This document shows positions 20,579-33,611 of a DNA stretch of 64,000 nucleotides, in pieces. Both the position numbers and the translations under genes were made by a program. Numbering within the stretch: the first letter of the stretch is position 1; every line of letters begins with the position of its first letter. Source of the stretch: an uncultured Alphaproteobacteria bacterium. Lineage in GTDB: Bacteria > Pseudomonadota > Alphaproteobacteria > Acetobacterales > Acetobacteraceae. The stretch is taken from positions 6,297 through 70,296 of the forward strand of contig CAVUED010000026.1 of NCBI GenBank assembly GCA_963740445.1. Reading direction: 5' to 3'. Below the pieces are notes generated by a model that was not told where the DNA came from, made no database searches, and worked only from the letters and a program-made list of their open reading frames with translations.

Positions 20579-21830
20579 ATGAAATACTCAGCCTTCACCG
20601 TTTTGAAAGAGGCTTTGCGCGGGCATACCGGCTGGAAGCCCGCCTGGCGCGACGCAGCACCTAAGCCTGACTACGACGTCGTGATCGTCGGCGGCGGGGG
20701 CCATGGCCTCGCGACCGCCTATTACCTTGCCAAACACCATAATGTCGGCCGCATCGCGGTGGTGGAAAAAGGCTGGCTCGGTCAATGGCAGCGTCGGCCG
20801 CAACACCACCATCATTCGCAGCAATTATCTGCTTCCCGGCAACATCCCCTTCTACGAGCTTTCCATGAAACTCTGGGAAGGTCTGGAGCAGGACATCAAC
20901 TACAACGCCATGGTCAGCCAGCGCGGCGTGTTCAATATTTTTCACTCAGACGCCCAGCGCGACGCCTATGCGCGCCGCGGTAACGCGATGCGCCTGCACG
21001 GTGTCGATTTCGAACTTCTCGACCTTGCCACGCTGAAACAAAAAATTCCCTATCTGGACTATGGCAATGCGCGTTTTCCCATCCAGGGCGCGCTGTTGCA
21101 AAAACGCGGCGGCACGGTGCGGCATGACGCGGTGGCCTGGGGCTATGCGCGCGCCGCGGACCGTCTCGGTGTCGATATCATCCAGAATTGCGAAGTCACT
21201 GGTATCCGTCAGGAGAACGGCAAAGCTGTCGGCGTGGAAACCACGCGCGGCTATATAGGTGCGAAAAAACTCGGGGTCGCGGTTGCCGGCGCGTCCTCGC
21301 TTGTCGCCGCGATGGCCGGTTTGCGCCTGCCGATCGAGAGCCACGCGCTGCAAGCCTTCGTATCTGAAGCATTAAAACCGCTGATCGATAACGTGATCAC
21401 CTTCGGCGCCGGACATTTCTATATTTCGCAGTCAGATAAAGGTGGTTTGGTGTTCGGCGGCGATATCGACGGCTATAATTCCTACGCCGCGCGCGGCAAT
21501 TTGCCCACCATCGAGGATATCTGCGAAGGCGGCATGGCACTGATGCCGATGCTTGGCCGTGCCCGCCTGGTGCGCCACTGGGGCGGCATCATGGATATGA
21601 CAATGGACGGCTCCCCGATCATCGATAAAACGCCGACGCAGAATCTCTACCTCAATGCCGGCTGGTGCTATGGCGGCTTTAAAGCCACCCCGGCCTCGGG
21701 TTTTTGCTTCGCGCATCTCATCGCGCGCGATACGCCGCATGATGTCGCTTCCGCCTATCGCCTCGATCGTTTCGCGGAAGGTAAGCTTATTGACGAGAAA
21801 GGTGTCGGCGCCCAGCCGAACTTACATTAA
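20579..21830 (+). CDS. soxB: Sarcosine oxidase beta-like subunit, probably N-methylglutamate dehydrogenase MgdA (frameshift near 20785)
   Basis: [36 protein letters not shown]; N-methylglutamate pathway context. Confidence 0.9.
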
Positions 21831-22081
21831 TGCGCATAACCTGTCCCCATTGCGGCCCGCGCGGCCTTGAAGAGTATATCTACCATGGCGATGCCACGGT
21901 AGGGCGCCCCACCGATGGCGGCGCGGCGCCGACCAAGGAATGGACGGATTACGTCTACTTCCGCGACAACGCCAACGGCCCGCATAAGGAACTCTGGTAT
22001 CACAGCGCTGGTTGCCATGCCTGGCTGGTGGTGACGCGCGATCTCTCCACACATGAAATCCTGTCGGTGGCTTGCCCATGA
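21830..22081 (+). CDS. soxD: Sarcosine oxidase delta-like subunit (MgdB)
   Basis: CPHCGPR...WYHSAGC zinc ligands. Confidence 0.9.
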   Translation: MRITCPHCGPRGLEEYIYHGDATVGRPTDGGAAPTKEWTDYVYFRDNANGPHKELWYHSAGCHAWLVVTRDLSTHEILSVACP

Positions 22082-24901
22082 CCGCGCATCGTTTACCCAC
22101 AGGCGGCCGTATCGACCGGAGTAAAAAACTGAGCTTCACCTTCGACGGCAAATCCTATCAGGGTTTTGCCGGCGACACGCTGGCCTCGGCGCTGCTGGCG
22201 AATGGCGTGAAGCTTGTTGGCAGAAGCTTCAAATATCACCGGCCGCGCGGCATTCTCTCGGCGGGATCGGAAGAACCCAATGCGCTGGTGGAACTGCGTA
22301 CCGGCGCGCATCGCGAACCCAACACCCGCGCCACCGTCGCTGAACTTTTCGATGGCCTCAGTGCCAGCAGCCAGAACCGGTTCCCGAATCTCAAACACGA
22401 TTTTCTCGCCATAAATTCGGCCCTGGCACCATTTTTCGCGGCAGGTTTCTACTATAAAACCTTCATGTGGCCGGCTTCCTTCTGGGAAAAACTATACGAA
22501 CCCATGATCCGCCGTGCTGCCGGGCTCGGCCGCAATGCGGGCGTGACGGACCCGGATGCTTACGAAAAAACCACGGAATTTTGCGATGTCCTCATCATCG
22601 GCGGCGGTGAGGCCGGCATTGAGGCCGCGCGTGAAGCCAGCCGGGCAGGGGGGCGCGTCATTCTTTGTGACGAGTCCGCAACTCTCGGCGGCCAGGCGCT
22701 GTCGGACGGTAAAACCATCGACATGTCCGGCCTTGAGACCGTCAAAATTCTCACACGCACCACCGTCTTCGGCGTGTATGATGGCGGCACGTTCGGCGCT
22801 GTCGAGCGTCTCACCGACCACCTTCCATCCTCCAACACCCCGCGCCAGCGTCTCGTAAAAATCGTCGCGGGGCGCAGCGTCCTTGCCACCGGCGCCATCG
22901 AGCGCCCGCTGGTCTTCGGCAATAACGATCTGCCCGGTGTGATGCTGGCTTCCGCCGTGCGCGCTTATATCAACCGCTACGCCGTCGCCCCCGGAACCCG
23001 TGCCGTGGTCGCGCTCAATCACGACGAAGCCGCTCAAACCATCTCCGCTCTTAGCCAGGCCGGCATTACCATCGCCGGCATCATCGACAACCGCCCGCAA
23101 TCCACGCCGCTCGTGCGCGCCCTCGCGGCAGAGGCCAATGCACCACTCTTTTCCGGCGCCGTCCTCAACCGGGCCATCGGCAAACTTGAAGTCTCCGCCG
23201 CCGAAATTCTTAACCAAGACGGCACCAAAACCACGATTTCCTGCGACCTCATCGCCATGTCCGGCGGTTGGAATCCCGCTTTGCACCTCACTTCGCATCT
23301 GGATGGCAAGCCGGTCTGGGATGAAGCCATCGCCGCCTTCATCCCCGGCACGCTGCCTCCCAATATGGGCGTCACGGGCGCTGCCGCGGGGCACAACATC
23401 AACGCCAACATCCAGCCCCTCTGGCACTCCGGCAATGCGCGCGAAAAAGCCTTCGTGGATTTCCAGAACGACGTCACCGCCACGGATGTCACCCTTGCCA
23501 AACAAGAGGGGTTCATCGCGGTCGAGCATTTAAAGCGCTACACCACGCTTGGCATGGCGACCGACCAGGGCAAGACCGCCAATGTCAACGGCCTCGCCCT
23601 CATGGCCGCCGCCACAGGCAAAACCATCCCGCAGACAGGCACCACGCGCTTCCGCCCGCCCTACACGCCGGTCAGCCTGGGCGCCCTGGCCGGTCCGCAT
23701 CGGGGGAAGAATTTCAAACCCAAGCGGCTCACCCCCACGCATGACTGGGCCAGCCGCGCATAACGCCACGTTCATTGAAACCGGCCTCTGGCTGCGCGCG
23801 CAATATTTTGCTCGCCCTGGAGAGGACTGGCTCGCCGCCACCTCCCGTGAGGTCAACACCGTCCGCAACGCGGTGGGCATTTGCGATGTCACCACATTGG
23901 GCAAAATCGACATCCAGGGTCCGGACGCGGCAAAATTTCTCGAATGCGTCTACACCAATACCTGGACCAATCTTGCCCAGGGCCGCGCCCGCTACGGTCT
24001 CATGCTGCGCGAGGACGGGTTCGTGATGGATGACGGCACCTGCGCCCGCCTGGGTGATGCCCATTTCGTCATGACCACGACCACCGCGAATGCGGCGAAA
24101 GTGATGCAGCATCTGGAATTCTGCCATCAGATCATCTGGCCGGAGCTGGATGTTTCCTTCATTTCCGTCACCGACCAATGGGCGCAAATCGCCATTGCCG
24201 GCCCGCATTCCCGCCGCGTGCTGCAAAACATCGTCGATCCCGCCTTCGACATCTCCAACGAGGCGTTCCCCTACATGGAAGCCGCCTCGCTCACCATTTG
24301 CGGTGGTGTGCCCGCGCGGCTGTTCCGGCTCTCGTTTTCGGGTGAGATGGCCTTTGAGCTTGCCGTGCCCGCACGTTTTGGCAACGACCTGGCGAAAAAA
24401 CTCATGGAAGCGGGGAAGGATTACAACATCGCCCCCTATGGCACCGAGGCTCTGGGCGTCATGCGCATCGAGAAAGGCCACCCCGCCGGCCCGGAACTCA
24501 ACGGCCAGACCACCGCGCATGATCTTGGCATGGCGAAACTGCTCTCGAAGAAGAAGGATTTCATCGGCCGCGCCCTGGCCGCCAGGCCGGCGCTTAACGA
24601 CCCCGCCCGGCCCACGCTCATTGGCCTCAAACCTGTCGATGGCGCCACCATGCTTCGCGCCGGCAGCCACCTGCTGCCCCAGGGCGCTGAACCCGTGGCG
24701 GCCAACGACCAGGGGCATGTCACCTCCGCCGCCAACTCCCCCACGCTTGGTCACCCCATAGCGCTGGCCCTGCTTGCCAACGGCCCGGCGCGGCTGGGCG
24801 AGATCATCCGGGTGTATGATCCCGTCCGTAACGGCGACACCCTGGCCGAAATTGTTGCCCCGGTGTTTTACGATCCCTCAGGGAGCCGCCTGCATGCTTG
24901 A
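22078..24901 (+). CDS. soxA: Sarcosine oxidase alpha-like subunit (MgdC), frameshift near 23750
   Basis: GDTLASALLANG, RSFKYHRPRG, KRYTTLGMATDQGK, GcvT-like C-terminal half. Confidence 0.9.
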
Positions 24902-25421
24902 ACCCGCAACCAGCACGCTCGCCGCCACGGCGATGGTCCAGCCGCTGCCGTATCGGAGCATCGTCAGCCTGTCGGCCTTTCGCGGCCAAAGCGCGGCTTT
25001 GGGCCAAGCCCTTGGCGTGGACCTGCCTGCCGCACCCCGCCGCGTCACGGTGCAAAACACGACCTATCTCTGGTCCGGCGTTGAATCCTGGCTCGCCATT
25101 TCGGAAAATCCAGAGCTTTTCGCAAACATCTCGCAAGCAGCAGCAAATCTGGCGGCCGTCACGGAGCAGGGCGATGGCCGGTTTCTCTTCCGTGTTGCCG
25201 GCCCGTTTGCCCGCCAGATCCTGGCCAAGCTGGTGCCGATCGACCTGCACCCAAGCGTGTTCCCGCCTGATGCCGTGGCCCTCACGCTGGCCGCGCATAT
25301 CGGCGTCACTCTTTGGGCCGAGGATGACGGCGGCTTCATCCTCGCCTGCTTTCGCAGTTTTGGCGCCGCTTTGCACCATGCTCTCATCGAGGCCGCCGCC
25401 GAATTCGAGAACCGAGGTTGA
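24894..25421 (+). CDS. soxG: Sarcosine oxidase gamma-like subunit (MgdD)
   Basis: Position after soxA; [11 protein letters not shown] and FRSF motifs. Confidence 0.85.
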   Translation: MLEPATSTLAATAMVQPLPYRSIVSLSAFRGQSAALGQALGVDLPAAPRRVTVQNTTYLWSGVESWLAISENPELFANISQAAANLAAVTEQGDGRFLFRVAGPFARQILAKLVPIDLHPSVFPPDAVALTLAAHIGVTLWAEDDGGFILACFRSFGAALHHALIEAAAEFENRG

Positions 25422-25468
25422 AGGCCGCGCGCCGTACGCCTCCCTCAACCGCACCAGGACCAGGAATC

Positions 25469-26329
25469 ATGTCAAAATCACAATATGTTCTCACGCTCTC
25501 CTGCATCAATCGCCCCGGCATTGTCTCTGCTGTCTCGACCTATCTGTTTCAGCAAGGCGGTGACATCCGCGAGGCGCAGCAGTTCGATGATGCCGAGACC
25601 GGTAAATTTTTTGCCCGCATTGCGTTCGACCTTGTCACCGGCACTGGCATCGAGGAACTGCGCGAAGGTTTTGCCGCCGTCGCCGAACCATTCAAAATTA
25701 CCTACACGATCTCCGACCACACCAAGCCGCGCCGCGTGCTTCTTCTGGTCTCTAAATTCGACCATTGTTTGGTGGACCTTCTGTACCGCTGGCGCATCGG
25801 CGAACTGGCCATGATCCCCACGGGCATTGTCTCCAACCATGGTCCGGAGAACTTCGCCGGGGCCGACCTTGCCGGGCTGCCCTTTCACCATCTGCCCATC
25901 ACCAAGGACAGCAAAATGGAGCAGGAGGCGCAGATATGGTCCCTGGTGAAGGAGACTAAGTCCGAACTGGTCGTGCTGGCCCGGTACATGCAGGTCCTCT
26001 CGGACGCCCTTACCGCAAAACTCTCTGGCAAATGCATCAACATTCACCATTCCTTCCTGCCTGGCTTTAAGGGCGCGAAGCCGTATCATCAGGCCCATAC
26101 CCGCGGGGTAAAACTCATCGGCGCCACCGCCCATTACGTCACGACCGACCTTGATGAAGGCCCCATCATCGAACAGGACGTGGAACGCATTTCCCATGCC
26201 GATACGCCTGACGATCTGGTCCGCAAGGGTCGTGACATCGAACGCCGTGTGCTGGCCCGCGCCGTGCGCTACCATCTGGAAGACCGCGTGATCCTCAATG
26301 GCAAAAAGACGGTGGTATTCACGGCCTAA
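25469..26329 (+). CDS. purU: Formyltetrahydrofolate deformylase
   Basis: N-terminal ACT domain, [29 protein letters not shown]. Confidence 0.95.
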   Translation: MSKSQYVLTLSCINRPGIVSAVSTYLFQQGGDIREAQQFDDAETGKFFARIAFDLVTGTGIEELREGFAAVAEPFKITYTISDHTKPRRVLLLVSKFDHCLVDLLYRWRIGELAMIPTGIVSNHGPENFAGADLAGLPFHHLPITKDSKMEQEAQIWSLVKETKSELVVLARYMQVLSDALTAKLSGKCINIHHSFLPGFKGAKPYHQAHTRGVKLIGATAHYVTTDLDEGPIIEQDVERISHADTPDDLVRKGRDIERRVLARAVRYHLEDRVILNGKKTVVFTA

Positions 26330-26332
26330 AGC

Positions 26333-26353
26333 AAGGGCAGGGGCTCTGCCCTT
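26333..26353. repeat. REP-like palindrome (GGGGCTCTGCCC core) after purU
   Basis: AAGGGCAGGGGCTCTGCCCTT; related copy at 36279-36299. Confidence 0.55.
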
Positions 26354-26478
26354 CGAGGTCTGAAATTTCAACAAACGATCAGGCTCTATGTCCCGGTTTC
26401 GCTTTCTTCTACATTGACACGCATCATTCGTTTCAATTATCTTCTTTAACTAAGAAGAAAGTTTAGGGATATAGACTT

Positions 26479-27337
26479 TTGACCGAGATCATCGACGGTA
26501 AGGCATTCGCGGCAAACCTTCTCTCCGCCATCACGGCGGAGGTTGCGTCTTTGCCTTTCACCCCTGGCCTTGCCGTGGTTCTGGTCGGGGACGATCCTGC
26601 GTCCAAAGTCTACGTCAGCAACAAGGCCAGAACCACGGTTCAGGCCGGCATGACCTCCTTCGAGCACAAGCTCCCCGGCGAGACTTCCCAGGCGGAACTG
26701 CTCGCCGTTGTTCAGGATCTCAACAATAACCCCGCCGTGCATGGCATTTTGGTGCAGCTCCCGCTGCCCAAGCACCTGGATTCGGATGCGATCATCGCCG
26801 CCATTTCCCCGGCGAAGGATGTGGATGGCCTCACCGTCACCAATGCCGGGCTGCTGGCCAACGGTCTCCCCGGCCTGGTGCCCTGCACCCCGCTTGGTTG
26901 CCTGCTCCTCCTGCAAGACAGGCTGGGCGACATGACCGGGCTTGAACGCCGTCGTCGTCGGCCGCTCCAACCTCGTTGGCAAACCCATCGCGCAATTGCT
27001 GCTGCAACAAAACTGCACCGTCACCATCGCCCATTCCCGCACCAAAAACCTCCCCGAACTCTGCCGCACGGCGGACATCCTCATCGCCGCCGTCGGCCGG
27101 CCGGAGATGATAAAAGGCGACTGGATAAAGCCCGGCGCCACCGTCATCGATGTCGGCATCAACCGTGTTCCTGGCGCGGTCGAAGGTAAAACCAAACTGG
27201 TGGGCGACGTGGATTTTACCACGGCCAAGGACGTCGCCGGCCTCATCACCCCCGTTCCCGGCGGCGTCGGTCCCATGACCATTGCCTGCCTGCTCCGCAA
27301 CACCCTCACCGCTGCCAAACGCATCGAAAATTCCTGA
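26479..27337 (+). CDS. folD: Methylene-THF dehydrogenase/cyclohydrolase (frameshift near 26940)
   Basis: [39 protein letters not shown]. Confidence 0.93.
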
Positions 27338-27347
27338 AAGGCCTCAA

Positions 27348-28482
27348 ATGACCCGTTCCTGGCGCTACCCTGTCCTTGCTGATCGTCACCGTGCCCTCGG
27401 TTCCAATCTTGAAGACTGGAACGGCATGCCCACCGCCTGGACCTACGCCAGCGATCTGCAAAGCCATCATGTCGCCATCCGCACCAAGGCCGGGCTCATG
27501 GATGTCTCGGGCCTCAAAAAAGTTCATCTGCACGGGCCCCATGCCTCCGCGGTGCTGGATTACCTCACCACCCGCGACGTGAGCAAAATCACCCCCGGCA
27601 AATCCGCCTATGCCTGTTTCCTGAATGAAGCCGGAAAATTCATCGATGACGGCATCCTCTACCGCACCGGCCCCAATTCCTGGTTCGTCGTGCATGGGTC
27701 CGGGGCAGGGCACGCGGCGCTCAGCACCGCCATTGCGGGGCGTAACGTCACCATGCTGTTCGATGACGATCTGCTGGATCTGTCCCTGCAAGGCCCGCTC
27801 GCGGTGGATTACCTCGCCAAACACGTCCCAGGCATTCGCGACCTCAAATATTTCCACCACATGGGCACGACGCTTTTCGGCAAACCCGTGATGATCTCCC
27901 GCACCGGCTACACGGGCGAGCGCGGTTACGAGATTTTCTGCAAAGCCGGAGGATGCCGGGCTGATCTGGGACACCATCCTCGCTGAAGGCGCTGAAATGG
28001 GCATTATCCCCTGCGCCTTCACGGCGCTCGACCTGCTCCGCACGGAAAGCTACCTGCTCTTCTTCCCCTACGACAATTCCGAGATGTATCCTTTCGCCGA
28101 TGAAGGCCCCGGCGACACGCTCTGGGAGCTGGGGCTGGAGTTCACCGTCAGCCCAGGCAAAACCGGCTTCCGGGGCGCTGAGGAGCATTATCGCCTGCAA
28201 GGCAAAGAGCGTTTCAAAATCTTCGGTGTTCTGCTTGAAGGCAGCGAAGCGGCGGCAGCCGGTGACAAGCTCTTCGCCGACGACAAAGCCGTTGGTGTCA
28301 TCACCTGCCCGATGGTATCGACGCTCACCGGTAAATCCATGGCGATCGCGCGGATGGATGTGCCCTATGCCAAGCATGGCACCAAACTCACCGTCGAACA
28401 CGAAACGGGAAGCATCCAAGCCATCGCGCACAACCTGCCTTTCGACGATCCCAAAAAGGCAAAACGCACGGTGGTTGGCTGA
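27348..28482 (+). CDS. dmmD: GcvT-like aminomethyltransferase, DmmD-type (frameshift near 27945)
   Basis: GLMDVSGL, SRTGYTGERGYEIF; first gene of a dmmDABC arrangement. Confidence 0.8.
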
Positions 28483-29035
28483 ATGAACAAAAGCCGTCCG
28501 ATCTATTCTCCTTTCAGCCTCGACGTGTCGGGCCGGACGCATCTCATCGTCACCGATCAGGCCGAAGGCGCCGGATGCCGAGCTTACACTTTCCAGCATC
28601 GACCTCTGGACCGTGCAAACCATCGCGCCCGGCATCCAGGCGCCTGAGCAGAAAAACATCCGCGCCTTCCGCGCCGTGCCGGAATTGCTCTCGCATCTCA
28701 CGCACCGTTTGGCGCGTGAGAAAATCGGCCTGCGACTCTACGCCATCGGCACCGAGTCATTCCTGTGGGACGTGTATAATCTGGCCGTTGCCGCCGGGCT
28801 TGGCGCGCCGGAAATCCACCTCACGCAATCGGGCCCGTTTATCCGGCGTGTCTATTGCACCCATTGCAGAACCATGATCGAGAACGTGGCCGAAAACATC
28901 ACCCCATGCCCAGGCTGTGGTGCGTCGCTGTTCGTGCGCGACCATTTCTCCCGCCGGCTCGCCGCCTTCATGGGGGTGAAGGTGGATGCCGAGGCTCCCG
29001 GCGAAATTCCAGCACCGGAGGTTTTTACCTCATGA
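28483..29035 (+). CDS. dmmA: Dimethylamine monooxygenase subunit DmmA (frameshift near 28575)
   Basis: KSRPIY N-terminus, RRVYCTHC...CPGCG..LFVRDHFSRRLAAF. Confidence 0.8.
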
Positions 29036-29950
29036 AACTGCGCATCCAGGACATTGCGATACTCTCCCCCACGATCAGAAAATTCAGTTTTTGCGCCGTG
29101 GATGGCTCACCACTCCCAACCGCCGGAGCTGGCGCGCATATCGTCGTGGATATTCCCGGCCCCGATCGGATCAGAAAAAACGCCTACTCCCTGGTTTCAT
29201 CCCCCGAGGTCCATGGGCAATACGACATTATCGTGCGGCGCGTCGCGCAGTCGCGCGGCGGCTCGGCCTGGCTGCATGACCACGCAGCCATCGGCGACAC
29301 GCTCACCATCAGCCAGCCGCAGAACCTGTTCCCCATTGCCCGGACGGCGAAAAAACATCTTCTCCTCTCCGCCGGCATTGGTCTGACGCCGTTTCTTTCG
29401 TATCTTGAAGTTCTTGCAACACCCCTTGAGCTTCACCATTGCTGCCGCCAAGAAGATTCTAGCCGCCTTTGAGAGTCTTTTGCCGAAGTCTCGCAACATC
29501 ACATTGCATACCAGCCGTCATTCGTTCGATCTCGCCAGCGTGCTCGCTGCCCAGAAACTCGACACGCATCTTCATGTCTGCGGCCCGGAGGGTTTCATGG
29601 ATGTTGTTCTGGCAACGGCAAAGCAGCTTGGCTGGCCGGAAGCAAAAATACACAAGGAGAGTTTTGGCGGCGCCACCGGTGGCAAACCCTTCATTGTGCA
29701 TCTGAAGCGCACGGGCATCTCCCTGGAGGTCGCCGCCGATATGAGCCTCCTGGAGACCCTGGAAGCCGCCGACCTCGCCCCGCCCTGCCTTTGCCGTGGC
29801 GGCGTTTGCGGCGAATGCGAACTTCCCGTTCTGGAGGGCATCCCCGAGCATCACGATCACTTTCTGAGTGATGCAAAGCGCGCGCAGAATACCGCCATCA
29901 TGACCTGCGTGTCGCGCGCGCAAACCCCCGAACTCATACTGGATTTTTGA
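29032..29950 (+). CDS. dmmB: PDR/VanB-family ferredoxin reductase DmmB (frameshift near 29460)
   Basis: NAYSL, SRGGS, AGIGLTPF, VCGP, C-terminal CRGGVCGEC...C 2Fe-2S motif. Confidence 0.82.
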
Positions 29951-31008
29951 CCATGGATCTCAACCTTAAGCCAGCAGAGACGTTTCGGGGGGATTTTTCC
30001 GTCCGCAATTCTGATGAAGCGATCCTGCGTTTTCCGTTTCCGTTTCCCGAAGACAAATACATGTATTCGGTGAACATCGAGCCGCATGTGCGCGGCGGCC
30101 CGACTGCGGCCTACGATGCTATTTTTGACCTCGACGAGCACTATATCGGCGAATGCGAGGACCGCGCGCTCACCCTGCTGGACGACCCGCTGCGCTGCCA
30201 GGTTCTCCCGCACATGATCGAGGCCGAGTGGGATACGCTGGAGCTGTTGATGGAGAGTCTGGCGCTGGATTACCCGGCGCAGTTTAGCCTCACGAAAAAC
30301 GGTTCCGCCTGGCACTGGGTCAACCGGCCGCTGAACATCGACCAGCATTTCACCTTCGGCGATGCCAGCACATTGCCCTGTCCGCCCTTTGAATACATCA
30401 CCCGTCAGGTGCAGGGCGATTTTTCGCTCCAGGATCAGCGCGACAATAATCTGTTCATGGATGGTGGTATGATCACCTCCCAGGCCGATTGGTCCCTGAA
30501 CTTCGACATTGGCATGTCCTTCCATGAATGGCACGGCCCGGTGCCGGTGGCGCATGAACTTGGCGTTTTCGACCGCGCGCTCGCCTATCTGTTGCGCCTG
30601 CAATTGGGCAAGCCCGTGCGCCGGCTCAACTGGACTCTTACGGTCAATCCCCGTCTTGATACCTCGCCTGAGAATTATCCCATCTGGGGGCCGGACAAGG
30701 CCACGATCACGCTGGAGAACGTCGGCAGACAATTGTGCCTGCGCGTAGAGTTGCAAACTTTAACCCGCCTGCCGCGCAGCAATGCCATTCTGTTCGGTAT
30801 TCGCGGCTATCTCATCCGGCTGGAAGAGCTGGTGCGTGTCAAAAAATGGGGCAAGCGGCTGCATCGGGTGCTGCGAGACCTGCATCCCGAGATCGCCGAA
30901 TATAAGGGCATGCCGCGCTACCGGCAGATTATCGTCGATTACCTTGCCCCCTTTGATGATGGGGCCGTTATTTCCCCCGGCACGGCGCCGGAACAACTCT
31001 GTCTTTAA
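29947..31008 (+). CDS. dmmC: Heme-dependent oxidative N-demethylase subunit (DUF3445-like), DmmC
   Basis: RFPFPFPED.YMYSVN, EWHGPVP, RRLNW, LRVELQTL.RLPRSNAILF. Confidence 0.85.
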   Translation: MTMDLNLKPAETFRGDFSVRNSDEAILRFPFPFPEDKYMYSVNIEPHVRGGPTAAYDAIFDLDEHYIGECEDRALTLLDDPLRCQVLPHMIEAEWDTLELLMESLALDYPAQFSLTKNGSAWHWVNRPLNIDQHFTFGDASTLPCPPFEYITRQVQGDFSLQDQRDNNLFMDGGMITSQADWSLNFDIGMSFHEWHGPVPVAHELGVFDRALAYLLRLQLGKPVRRLNWTLTVNPRLDTSPENYPIWGPDKATITLENVGRQLCLRVELQTLTRLPRSNAILFGIRGYLIRLEELVRVKKWGKRLHRVLRDLHPEIAEYKGMPRYRQIIVDYLAPFDDGAVISPGTAPEQLCL

Positions 31009-31046
31009 AATGTAAACAAGACTTTCATTTTCAACCTCCGCGTCCT

Positions 31047-31787
31047 ATGAACTCTTGTATGGAGAGCAAGAGTGCGACGCGCACACAGATCAAGCCGGCT
31101 TCCAAGACGCAGGTGATAAAGGCAACCTTGCCTGAGGCGCTGCGCGAGGCCGGTCTGCCCGAGGCGATTGCCGAATCCTACACCACGGGCTCCAGCGCCG
31201 CCGCCGTCTCGGATCTCACGCTGGAACAGGCTATAGGCGTGCAGGTACGCCAGTTGCGCCGGCGTGTTGGCATCACGGTCTCGGAACTTGCCACTGCCGC
31301 GGGTCTTTCCGGCGGCATGTTGTCGAAAATCGAAAACGGGCAGATATCTCCCTCGCTTGCCAGTCTGCAAGCCCTCGCCAACGCTCTGAACGTGCCGATA
31401 ACGACCTTTTTTTCCACCTTTGAGGAAAAGCGCGACTGCTCGTTCGTCAAATCTGGCACTGGTGTCATTATCGAGCGTCGTGGCACGAAAGCCGGGCACC
31501 AATACAGCCTGCTGGGCCATGCTCTGGGCGGCGCCGTGGTCGTTGAGCCTTATCTCATCACTCTGCACAAAGATGCCGCACCGTACCCGGCCTTCCAGCA
31601 CGAGGGCACGGAGTTCATCTACATGCTGACCGGCGAGGTGGTGTACCGTCACGGCGACCAATCCTACCACCTCACCCCCGGTGATGCCCTGCTGTTCGAT
31701 TCCGCCGCCCCGCACGGTCCGGAGAAACTGCTGGTTAAACCGATGACCTATCTCTCGATCATCACTTACGCCCGCGAACCGGCATAG
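31047..31787 (+). CDS. XRE HTH plus cupin transcriptional regulator
   Basis: GMLSKIENGQISPSL HTH; FQHEGTEFIYML and FDSAAPHGP cupin motifs. Confidence 0.9.
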   Translation: MNSCMESKSATRTQIKPASKTQVIKATLPEALREAGLPEAIAESYTTGSSAAAVSDLTLEQAIGVQVRQLRRRVGITVSELATAAGLSGGMLSKIENGQISPSLASLQALANALNVPITTFFSTFEEKRDCSFVKSGTGVIIERRGTKAGHQYSLLGHALGGAVVVEPYLITLHKDAAPYPAFQHEGTEFIYMLTGEVVYRHGDQSYHLTPGDALLFDSAAPHGPEKLLVKPMTYLSIITYAREPA

Positions 31788-32017
31788 GTTTCTGGCCGCG
31801 GACGTCATTGGTTCGGCCGCGTCTTTACGTGGATGAAGCCGATCCATCTTGCGCGCCACAACTCAATAAACCCTTAGAGTCTGATCGTAAATCAGCCTAT
31901 CTGTGAATAAATCAAGTCTGGCAAAAAATTTCTCTGTAAGAATTGATTGTTCTTATCAGTTGACGTGAAGGCTGCCTCTGGCTAACATTCAACCGACTGA
32001 GAGAGATAGGTTGAACC

Positions 32018-32897
32018 ATGTGTGGCATAGCGGGACTTTTTTTGAAAAACCGGGCGTTGGAGCCAGAACTTGGGAGCCTCACCGCCGGTATGCTGGCGGT
32101 TCTTAGCGATCGCGGACCGGATTCCGCCGGTTTCGCCATTTATGGCTCCGGCACGCCCGGCCATGTCAAATTCACGCTTCGCGGCCCCGCGAATTACGAC
32201 TTTCCAGCGCTTGCCGCGAAGCTGGGTGTTTCCTGCACCGTTCATGACGACCATGCGGTTTTTTCGCTGCCCGATTTCGCGGGAGGTTGAAATCCGCGCC
32301 ACGTTGGCAGCGCTGCCAGAAATCAGCCTGATTGCGACTGGCGCGCGTATCGAACTTTTTAAAGGCGTCGGGCTGCCGCGCGATGTTTCAAAGCGCTTTG
32401 GTTTAGCGGGAATGTCGGGCACTCATGCCATCGGTCACACCCGCATGGCGACCGAATCCGCCGTCACCACGCAGGGGGCGCATCCGTTTTCCACCGGGCC
32501 GGACCAGTGTCTGGTGCATAACGGCTCGCTCTCCAACCATAACGATGTGCGCCGTACGCTGGTCCGTGAACACATGACTTTCGAGACGCAGAACGACACG
32601 GAGGTCGCCGCTGGTTTCCTCTCCTGGAAGCTGCGCGAGGGCGCCAAACTCAACGAGGCGCTGACCTCGGCGCTCGATACGCTGGATGGTTTCTACACCT
32701 TTGTTGTCGGCACGGAATCCGGCTTTGGCGTGTTGCGCGATCCTGTTGCGTGCAAGCCTGCCGTGATGGCCGAAACTGATGATTATGTTGCCTTCGGCTC
32801 GGAATATCGCGCGCTGGCCGACCTTCCGGGAATTGCGAAAGCGCATTTTTTTGAACCCGAGCCTGCGAAGGTCTATTTCTGGGAGCGCGCGGCATGA
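32018..32897 (+). CDS. glxB: Class II glutamine amidotransferase-like N-methylglutamate synthase subunit (GlxB/MgsA), frameshift near 32270
   Basis: MCGIAG N-terminal Cys, RGPDSAG, GHTRMATES, HNGSLSN. Confidence 0.88.
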
Positions 32898-33610
32898 GCG
32901 TGGCTGTAAAACTATCCGATGCTGGCACGGCCGTTTTCGATCTTGCGGCATCTTCCCTTCGCGACCTTAATGCCACCCTGCAGGCGCTGGGGACGAAAAC
33001 CAACGAAACCGCCTGGACCATTCTCAACCCGCGTGGGGAACATGCCATCGCGGTCGGCATCACCGCCCCTGTCACCATCAGTATCGACGGGCATGTCGGT
33101 TATTACTGTGCCGGCATGAATGATGGCGCCAAAATCACCATAACCGGCAATGCCGGGCCGGGTGTCGCGGAAAATATGATGTCCGGTATTGTGCATGTGC
33201 TGGGCGATGCCAGCCAGGCCGCCGGTGCCACCGCGCATGGCGGGCTGCTGATCATCGAGGGCAATGCCGCCGCCCGGTGCGGCATTTCCATGAAGGGCAT
33301 CGATATCGTGGTCAAAGGCTCGGTTGGCCATATGAGCGGGTTCATGGCGCAATCCGGTAACCTCGTCATCCTCGGCGATGCCGGTGAGGCGCTGGGCAAT
33401 TCTCTCTACGAGGCGAAAATCTTTGTGCGCGGCAAAGTCGCCAGCCTCGGCGCGGATTGTGAAGAAAAGCCCATGACCGAGGAAGACAAAGCCATTCTTG
33501 CCGGGCTGCTCAGCCAGGCCGGTTCCGATGCTGCCGTGGAAAGTTTCAAACGCTACGGCTCGGCGCGCACTCTCTATCATTTCCATGTCGACAACGCCGG
33601 GGCTTACTAA
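32894..33610 (+). CDS. glxC: GXGXG-domain N-methylglutamate synthase subunit (GlxC/MgsB)
   Basis: GHVGYYCAGMN, GVAENMMSG, RCGISMKG. Confidence 0.88.
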   Translation: MSVAVKLSDAGTAVFDLAASSLRDLNATLQALGTKTNETAWTILNPRGEHAIAVGITAPVTISIDGHVGYYCAGMNDGAKITITGNAGPGVAENMMSGIVHVLGDASQAAGATAHGGLLIIEGNAAARCGISMKGIDIVVKGSVGHMSGFMAQSGNLVILGDAGEALGNSLYEAKIFVRGKVASLGADCEEKPMTEEDKAILAGLLSQAGSDAAVESFKRYGSARTLYHFHVDNAGAY

Positions 33611-33611
33611 A